Positions 50,801 through 60,600 of a stretch of 64,000 nucleotides of DNA are shown piece by piece (position 1 is the stretch's first letter; each line of letters opens with the position of its first letter). The DNA is taken from the NCBI GenBank assembly GCA_964106915.2, contig OZ066914.1; one strand, written 5' to 3'. The position numbers were made by a program, and so were the translations under genes. Origin of the DNA: Podarcis gaigeae (lineage: Eukaryota). The notes below the pieces were generated by a model that worked only from the letters and a program-made list of their open reading frames with translations, was not told the DNA's origin and ran no database searches.

Positions 50801-52488
50801 CAAACCAGTAATGTGTGAAGCAACAGTTTTAGATGGAGTCCTATACATGTGTAAAGCCAATGGAGAATCATGCCCCTGTGTAGAGTCTGTAGACCACACA
50901 TCTTGTATGTTACAGTACATGCACAGCAGAGTTTGTAAGGAGGCTCACTCCTATCTATCTGTCTGGTGAGCTAGACCTTGTGTTTCACTAGTGATTATTT
51001 TGTTCTCTGGTGCAAACACTGAATAGCAACAGTCATCCTCCTGGAGCAAAATGTTCAACTTTTTTCTAACTGTGAAATTGATGGACCTGGGGGAGGTATG
51101 GCATTCCGCATTCATCAGAGAATAGGGAGCATTCTACTGCAGCACCCCCAGCAGAAAGGTTTGGTGACTGATTTGTTTATCCTCTTACTTCCCTCAACTG
51201 GACAAACTTACTTTAAAGTATGTAAGATTTATTATTTTGAGTTAGAGTATTTTGTTTGTTTTTTAAAAAATCACACCCACTAACTGCTGTATTTGTAATT
51301 CTTTTTAAATGATGTAGAGCTTGACACTAGCTCTGAGTATAACTTATTTGTTTTTTAAGTATTATATATAAGGAACACTGTGTTTCATGGTAACATATAT
51401 AAACTGTGCTATACAATAACTGCACTGAACTGAACATCTGTATATGGGAACTGTGATTTGTAGTCCACTTGGAATCAGTCACAAACTGTTGTAGTTTATT
51501 TCTAAATATAACACAACTGTGCAAAATGCCTGCCTCTACCTGTTTTTCTTTTACAATAATTTTGCAATGTGCAGACAATCTGCTTCATTCCTGCATTTTT
51601 GCCTGTCCCTGGCAGCCCCCCTTGTCTTGGATGAAGTTCTGTGTTTCTCATACAGAACTGAAAACGCACTATTTTCTGCTGACCTCTCATATGAATGATA
51701 GCAAGTAATAGTTGCATCCAAGGAGAGAGGTTCAGTCTTAAGATTTCTACCCACAATTTTGTCTGGAAAGTGAATTAATTGTCTTGCTGACCTAGAATTA
51801 GGCCTTAAATTTTATTCCAGAATCCAAATTGCTTCTTAGATCAACAAATTTGACCTCCACCTCATTCTAAGGGGGTACACTGATTCTTAAAAGTGTTTTA
51901 CACAGTTGCTACACGCAAGGTGCCACATTGTCTAAATCAGATGGTGACTAATAACCAGCCATATTGCCAACAGTTTAATAATATATACTTTTGTCATTAT
52001 TGTCCAACTTTAAAGCCTTCCTCAATCATGCATTTCTTCTCAGATACAAACAGCATACATACAAAAAATGATGCTTATATAGTTTAATCACAAAAACATA
52101 GTAATATAATTTTATGTAGTTTTATCACAAAAAATAAATGTCAGAGTCTAAAAATATAAAAATAAGATCACTTATAAAGCTCACCGTGTGCTGTTTAGTG
52201 GCAGCTAAACTTTTAAAGAAAATTTGAAGAGCAGCACTTCTGAAACTGATAAGGCATATGGCAGGCTTTTACATTAGCTATGTACTTTGCAATCTTGCTT
52301 TCTGGCAAATGTCATGAAAGGTTAACTTCAAGGGACCATTTTCCATCTCTGATTGAGCACAGCAGATTTCAAGATTCACTGGTGGGAATGGCCAGACAAC
52401 AAAAATATCCTTCCTTGGGGACCAGCAAAGTACTGTGATAGTCCCAAACAAGCACCAAAATTGGTTTTCAGCATAATATTCAGTTACT

Positions 52489-52560
52489 ATAGAATCATAG
52501 AATTGTAGAGTTGGAAGGGACCACAAGGGTCATGCAGTCCAACCCATTGCAATGCAGGAA
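52489..52560 (-). mobile_element. CR1 LINE extreme 3' end
   Basis: Minus strand gggttggactgcatgacccttgtggtcccttccaactctacaattctatgattctat, with the CR1 GATTCTAT tail. Confidence 0.75.
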
Positions 52561-53423
52561 CATATATACCCCAGTGTGGGGCTCAAACCCTAGAACCTGA
52601 GATGGTGAGTCACATACAGCCCCAGCTGTGCCATGCACAGACCCCTTCTGCGATTAGTTTTGAAAAAAGCTAGGGGGAGATTATCTCATTTCCCCACCTA
52701 AACTCCAGGTAGATCACATCTTCCAATAGACTGGCAGAAGGGGGGGACACCCTCCCCTCACCCAAAGCCTAGCTACTGGGGAAGGATGGAGTAAGTGTAT
52801 GCACATGTGCACTCTGCCCATTTACCCTTCCCTGGCTGAGGGAGAAGCCTGCTTATCTTAACTACAGGGGAATTAAGTTAATTTTGGTTCTTTTTCTATG
52901 AGTCTTTCTATAGAGATGATGGGGTGATGTAGATTCAAGTGGTATGGCAAATCAGCTAAGAACTAAGTTGTCCACTGGTTTAAACATGTCCTTATGTACA
53001 CCTCTAACGCAGTGGTTCCAAAACATTTTCTCATGGACCACTTGAAGGTTGCTGAGAGTTTTGGTAGACTGATTAAGGATTGTGTAGCAACTGTAATGTG
53101 CTAGGCTGGCAGCAGTATGATTTTTAATTGTATTTTTATTGTTCCTTTTGTTTTCTCTATATTGTATTCCAATTCATATGCCATAGATTTCAAATTATAA
53201 TTCAGTAAGAATACAATATAAGGCATTAAAGAAACAATTAAAAATCAACACGACTATTGATGTTCCATCTTCAACTACAACTCCAGAGCCATGCTGCAGA
53301 CCACCATGGGCCACAATTTGAGCAGCTCTGCTCTATATAAATAAAATAATTAGCTGTAGGAACAAGCAGCAGGTTTACTGGACGCTTTTTCTGCATTCAC
53401 ACTGAAGCTGCTTAATCCAAGTA

Positions 53424-53740
53424 AAGGTAAAGGGACCCCTGACCATTAGGTCATCTCGCTTTATTGGCCGAGGGAGCCGGCGTACAGCTTCCGGGTCATG
53501 TGGCCAGCATGACTAAGCCGCTGCTGGCGAACCAGAGCAGTGCACGGAAACGCCGTTTACCTTCCCGCCAGAGCAGTACCTATTTATCTACTTGCACTTT
53601 TATGTGCTTTCGAACTTCTAGGTGGGCAGGAGCAGGGACCGAGGAACGGGAGCTCACCCCATCGCGGCGATTCGAACCGCTGACCTTCTGATCGGCAAGT
53701 CCTAGGCTCTGTGGTTTAACCCACAGTGCCACCCGCGTCC
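53424..53740 (-). mobile_element. Sauria SINE with an internal deletion, downstream of the kelch gene stop
   Basis: TSD CTGCTTAATCCAAGTA (53408-53423 / 53741-53756); head GGGACGCGGGTGGCACTGTGGG on the minus strand. Confidence 0.93.
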
Positions 53741-53794
53741 CTGCTTAATCCAAGTATATGGGCCTAAATCAATTCATTGAAAATAGCAGCATGG

Positions 53795-53800
53795 TTTATT
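53795..53800 (-). terminator. Candidate proximal poly(A) signal of the kelch gene
   Basis: AATAAA on the minus strand (plus TTTATT) about 155 nt after the stop; alternatives at 53460, 53135 and 51811. Confidence 0.35.
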
Positions 53801-53955
53801 TCCCTGAGTGAGTGGTTTCATGAAGTGGTAACGCTGTCATTCTCAAATACTTAGATACTTCATATTCACATGACATTTTGGTTTCATGACAAAATGGGTA
53901 AAATACAACAGGGTGTATTTTTGTTCTCACTCCTTAGTATGTGTATATGCACCAT

Positions 53956-54652
53956 TTAAATTTTGTCTAGCTCCATTTGCCAAAATGAAATTGAAGAGGA
54001 ACTTGACAAAGGTTTACCTCCAATAAGCAGCAGCACAGCAGAAGACTCACTAATGTCCATGGAGGCAGAAGACTCACAAATATCCACAGAGGCAGGTGTC
54101 AGATCAATGAAACTTGCATTTTCCTCTGTAAAGTCCTGTTCTCTTGGTAGGTTTAGGTAGGATGTTTTCTCTCTCTCGGACAATATGCATGCTTTCTCAT
54201 TTACACTCAGTTCTGAACTTGAAGTGGTTTGGCGTGAGCAAAATCCTGGCTCCTCCCGAGACAGGTAAAAGGTTTTCATTTCAATTTCAGTGCTACCGTC
54301 ATTGCTGAATGTTTGGTATGAGGGCTCCTGGTGAATATACTCACAGAAACAGGCATGCTGCTTAGATATGGCCAGTAGCTTTGAACAACCCATTTCCTTT
54401 TGATGCAAATAGCTGAGTGACTTCCTTGAAGAACCAGCAATCCCTTGGAAGCCATATCCAATCCCCAACATGCAGTGAAAAGCTTTGGATGAAGGTTCTG
54501 CTGTCCTAGCCAGTTGTGTCCACATCTGAGATGGTAAATGGTATTTCCATAGAATACTGCTTGGCCTGGTATTAGAAATTCCTCCGCCAAAGAGCAGCAT
54601 GGAATCTTCAAATATTAAAGCTGAGTGTCCCACCACTTTAGGAGGCCCGTGA
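53956..54652 (-). CDS. Kelch gene terminal exon: (S)HGPPKVVGHSALIFEDSMLLFGGG...ISFWQMELDKI*
   Basis: Acceptor gtgtttAG (plus CT 54653-54654); 697 nt open frame, part of ORF 53956..54747; TAA at 53956-53958. Confidence 0.9.
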
Positions 54653-57600
54653 CTAAACACAAGCACAACAGAGAACAAGGAACACAGATCAGTAATGTTT
54701 ATGCTGATGAAAATGAGGTAGGATTTAAATTTCTGTTTGGTCAGCACTATACAGCATCATTAATTACATAAGATAGAGGGAACTGCACTGAATGAAGGTA
54801 TCTGAATGTATAATGCTCCCTAAATTGACTGTTACAGATCATTATGCAATAATTCTTGGTCAGCCCAAGTTGAATATACTTTCTTTTAAAAAGTACAAAC
54901 ATTTGTGAAACAGCCCTAATTTTTAAAAAGGTACCTCCTCAAAAAGTCTCGGCCTGATTCTGACAGAAATGTGTGGCTCAGTATATAAATGTAATCCTCC
55001 CTTATCACAGCATTGTAGTTTTGCATATCAGGGCCTGACTTCCCACAGCAGCCTCTTCCAGAACAGGAAGAAGAAGAAGAGGAGTTTGGATTTAATATCC
55101 CACTTTATCACTACCCAAAGCAGCTAACATTCTCCTTTCCCTTCCTCCCCCACAACAAACACTCTGTGAGGTGCGTGGGGCTGAGAGACTTCAGAGAAGT
55201 GTGACTAGCCCAAGGTCACCCAGCAGCTGCATGTGGAGGAGCGGGGAATCGAACCCAGTTTACCAGATTACGAGTCTACCGCTCTTAACCACTACACCAC
55301 AGAAGACCTTGCCCAAGAAGTGCATTAGAAATGCCTTCTGCTTTTCAACAGCGTTCTTTGGATCACAGAGAATGTGACTAGAATGATGTGAACATGTGCA
55401 TTATTAAAGCATGAGTTCAACAGCTTATAAGCAGAGGTGGGAAACTTTTGACCCTCTGGATGTTGCTAGACTACAACTCCCACCATCCCCAATGAACTGG
55501 ACACACTAGACGGGGCTGATGGGGGTTGGGAGTCCCACAACATCCAGAGCACCACACATTCCCTACCCCACGTTAGAAAGGGAACCAACTAGCTGTTCCA
55601 CAAAGTACAAATACAGCTTAATCCACATCCCTCAGAGGCAGCCGTCATAGCTGCCTAGCTCCCCGAGACACACATATTTTTAACCTTTCTAATTTTGGGT
55701 AGTTTTACCTACTCCATTCTCAAACTGCAGCTTGCTGAAACTGCTGGTGAATAGCTCTCAAAAGATTTTACCTTGTTCTGATACTAGACCAGTTGGCAGC
55801 CATGAAATCCCACTTCCAGAAGTCCTTTTGTTCATTCAGACCCATCAGCCCTCCAAACAAGTACATGTTGTTGCCATGAACCACAGCTGAGTGGCCATGT
55901 CGAGGGCCTGGGCTACCACCGTAAGATACAGCTGGTGTCCACTGTTTTTTATCTGAAGGAAGAAGATTACAGTCCATTTCTGTTTCAACATAGGGGAACC
56001 TTTTACAGCCCAACATCCACATTCCCTTCTGGGGCTTGCATGCCAGTGAAGTAGGACCAGAGACAAAAATCAACAGATGTGACTAAAGGCTGTGCACAGT
56101 TCCCCAGATCCAAATCATTTCAGGTGGTGAGCTGATGTTTAATAAGGGTTTGCAAAACCTAACTAAACATACGGTTGGGAGGGGAGCAGGGGAAGCAGCT
56201 GTGTCTTGTCCTCTTTCTCAATGGAGAGCAGGAGGGTTTAATCCTGCAGAGTACTCCTTCACAAGTGCCTTTACCACAGGAATACAAAGTTAGAGGTTTC
56301 TGCATATCCACCATCCTCCTTCAAGGCATGCAGATGGCATCCTGTTGCCGTTACACATTCCAGACATGCATAAGCATTTGAGGAGGGCATAGAGCATGGC
56401 TCTTAGAGGTGTGGCCTGGGAAGAGTCTAGAGGACCAGGTAGAGAGGCTTGAAAGGTCATATTTGGTCCATAAGCTTGAAGTTCCCCCATCCCTGGTTTA
56501 ATTCAATACGCAGATAAACATGGAGCCAAAGCCAGCTACAGGATTACATTTTCATTCTAGATGTTTCAAAAGGGTTTTGTATCATAACCACCAGCCACTT
56601 CAGTAGGGATGGAGAGCAGGATCCAAAATTCCCCTACCCACTGCTGGCCACTTTGACAGAACTGTCCAACTGCCAGTCACATGACATCAGGGGATTGAGT
56701 TTCAAAGGAAGAACCCAAAGGACACTCTTAAATTCAAGCTGTGGCTGCAAAGAATCAAAGGAATTTCTAGCTCTTTCCTTTCTAACTAATTGGGTGGTTG
56801 CTGAATTTGAAACACACACACACACAAAATACCACTTTGACAGGTGGGTAGGGTGACAGAAAAGTGCAAAATTCTACCAGCAGCTGGAAAGCAACAATTG
56901 GAAGTGCACATAGAGTATACTACCAATTATTCATTTTCAAGATGGCCCTGCAGGTTTACCTGTCTGTCCCATGGCTGATGCCGTATGACACCAAGTGGTG
57001 GCTGCAGTTTGGGCCAAATCACACCACAGCCCAAGGAGGATGCCCGATAAGCCTAATAAGGACACAAGCCCTCACTGCTGGGTTGCAGTAACATGCCTAC
57101 AGAGAAAGCTCAACTTACTTACTTAGACATAAAGTCCAGAATTCTTGAGAAGCACCCTTAAGGTCAACGTATCCGCCATACATGTACATGATGCCTTTGT
57201 AGACAACTGCACTGTGGCCCTTCCGATTAACTGGAGCCGTTCCCTGCAGAGAGGATAGTAATGAAACAACTACCATTAACAGTTGTTGCCATCACATCTA
57301 TCCAAGCAGACTCCCCCCCCCCTTACTACTTCCACTTAAAAATGCATTCACACTGGCCTTGTAAAACACCAATAACTGACACCTTTATGAACATCGGTAC
57401 AGTGGTACCTCAGGTTACAGATGCTTCAGGTTACAGACACTTCAGGTTACAGACTCCTCTAACCCAGAAATAGTACCTCGGGTTAAGAACTTTGCTTCAG
57501 GATGAGAACAGAAATTGTGCAGTGGCAGCGGGAGGCCCCATTAGCTAAAGTGGTACCTCAGGTTAAGAACAGTTTCAAGTTAAGAACGGACCTCCAGAAC

Positions 57601-60600
57601 GAATTATGTTCTTAACCCAAAATACCACTGAGTATTTCTGTTCATACAACCACTTGATGGGTATGGGACAGGGGCTTGCGATCAATTGAAGGAGTAGAAA
57701 AAAAGCAATGAACAGCCATGAGAGTTACTCATATTCCATTGCACTGCATAAGCAAGCATGGTGGTGCCTCTGGAAAGGGCATACTTTCCAAACATTTCTA
57801 CCCAGGAAGGCAGAGTTAGTTACATTGTCACTCTACTACAGAATCCCCTACTACTATAAAAATTAGGTAACAGAAAATTCAAGTCCAGAATGAGCAGTAG
57901 GAGCACTTCTAATAATAAATAGCTAGTGCAATGAAGTGTAAGAAATGTATTGTGTCCATGCAATGTTTCCACCAGAAGAAACCATCCTAACTATAGAGAA
58001 GGGCATCATCTAGGAAAATAAACCCCTCTCAGAAAAGGATGGGTTAACAAATAGTTGGGTGGTAGGGACCTGCATGTTAAAAGTGGCAATTACATCATAG
58101 TTGAATATCTGTGCCTCAGATATTCACCAGAAGCAACAACCCTCAGAAACAGTTGCATGTTTCCTTCAGGTTTGTTTGAATAGTGAGTCTTCAAAGTGTT
58201 TCCCCCCTCAAAAAAGTGGTAATACAGCACTGTTTGCAAAGCTGGTTAGGGCAAAGTGTGTCTGATGGAGGATGAAAGCAGCTTGGAAGCTCTTTACAAC
58301 ATAGAAGTAAAGCTCTGGTACAGTTTCACAGGAGTAAAAGTTGGAAAGGCAAGGCTGCCTCTGTTCACCCTTTGACTAAGCCCCTTGCATCACTACTACT
58401 ACCGCTGCTGCTGCTGCTGCTGCTTAGGAGGGAAGGTAGTTCAAAACTCGAAGGAACAAGTACAGGCTGCCCCCACCTTGATCCTTGATGTTAAGAGCTG
58501 CCTGAACCTAAGCTCTTGGTTGTGTGTGCTTGTCTTCATAAAGTTTGGCAGCCTACACTTCCCTAGTGCCGCATGCTTCCAAATGGTATGCCTGGTTTTC
58601 ACCAAAATATTCTTTAGTACCTATATACATGAAGAAACCCTGGTATTTATTAATGAAAAATTATATAGCTACCCTTTAACATTATCTGGGCAGCTCATAA
58701 TCTATAATTAATAAACCATACGTAATTTGGTATAGAGAGCAGTTATAAATGTGCTACATATTATAACCAAAGAAACACTCATGGGTTGTGTCCAACTGTG
58801 TTGCTCAGCTGGCAGTAAAGTCAGTAGAATGGGGAAGGAAGCCATTTTCAGCTGCCCCCCCCCCCAGTACAGTGGTACCTTGGGTTAAGAACTTAATTCG
58901 CGCCGGAAGTTTGTTCTTAACCTGAAACTGTTCTTAACCTGAGGTACCACTTTAGCTAATGAGGCCTCTCGCTGCTGCTGCCGCAGCACGATTTCTGTTC
59001 TCATCCTGAAGCAAAGTTCTTAACCTGAGGTACTATTTCTGGGTTAGCGGAGTCTGTAACCTGAAGCATCGAGGTACCACTGTAATATGCTCCAGTGTGC
59101 TGGATTTTGAAGAGTGCCAGAGGCTGCAGGGGATGAAAGCTGCTGGAAATTTCTTCCTTCCCTGTATTGACAAAGGCCAAGTGATACACCACTCCTATTT
59201 TAAGATCCAAAAATATACATGCTATATAGATGATTTAAGAATATAGAGGAAATAAGTATCCCTCCCCTTACAGTGAAAAAGTGATACCAACAGCATAAAA
59301 TTACTCTGCTGCTGCGTTTCCCTGGATGAACCCAGTCTGGAACAGTTTTCAGAACATATTCCTAAGCAAGCTGTTGGATCAACAAAGCAACATGTTTCAT
59401 GTATGATTCACACATTTCTGTTTTCCAAATTTCTTACCTCACTCTCCCCTGCTGTGAGTTGGAGCATCCACTTAGCTGAATCTGCAGTTTCAATAAAATA
59501 TCAGTTACAATACTAACCACAAGAGGGTACTCCTGCTCTATTTGTAATGTCATGCAAGGCTCATTGAACTGTGGAAATGGGAACCAAGAAAGTTGTTCAG
59601 TTCTCCTTAACAGCAACTAAGGTAGCTTTCATCTGTCGTAAATATCGCCCCAAAGTAGCATCTCAACAGTGTTTGTCAGAAGTGACACTGGCAAAAAATA
59701 AGAAGTACCCATGGCTCAGTGTCTTGCATATTTAATGCTACAGGTTCATTCCTAGGTATATTCAGTTATTTTTTTAAAAAAATCTGATATCATGGCAAAA
59801 AGAGACCTGGGGGAGCCACTTTGAACCAGGATAGACAATATTGGATGGGACAAACCACTGATCAGACTCAGCTTCCTATGGTCAAAAAATACAACCATAT
59901 TTATTGTCCCCAATCCAAAGAAGATGATGAACGTACTGTTGTTATGATGTTATAGTATTGGCTGGTAAGGCTTTGTGTCCCCACCCACCATCCTTGGGAA
60001 TATGCAGAGATCTCATCTTGCTTTCTCATGAGGCCTGGACCTAAGAAATGTTTTGCATACACTATAGCAAAAGAGCAGACCCCTGGTTCTCAGACACAAG
60101 CCAACTATATCTCTTCTGTAATGTTTGAAAGGTATTAGTATGCCATTAAATTGGCTTGAGGCTTCTGGCTGCAATTCATGGTCCCCAGGAACTGAATCCC
60201 TGCCAACTATACAGAAAAGACATGATCAACAAATGGAAGAATGCTAGGACTGCCCTGGCCCCTAATACTCAGTGTTCTGTCACAAATATATAGCTTAATT
60301 ACTAAATTTGTGTTTAGTGAAATATTGATTCCAACACAAAGGTAGTTAAGTGGATTTCTCAACCTCCTCCTACTCCTGTACTTTTGTTGGGTAGTTTTGC
60401 TGTGAATAATCCTATAGTGAATTAGACACGGGGGAAGCTTCTTGTTAAATAGCCTGGTGTTTCTTTTTCTATAGATACGTTTACCTGAAATGTTAAAACA
60501 TTCTACAGTTCAAATGGATTGACTATTGATCTTACTGGAACTTGACTGGAAATCTGATGCTTCAAGCAAGCTCAGGCAGATATACTGGCAAACAAGGCAT

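Noticed and set aside
54653-54747. N-terminal hydrophobic 31 aa of ORF 53956..54747 as a signal or TM segment of a single-exon gene
   Set aside because: This is the intron's polypyrimidine tract; the exon starts at the AG at 54653-54654, in phase with the upstream kelch exon.
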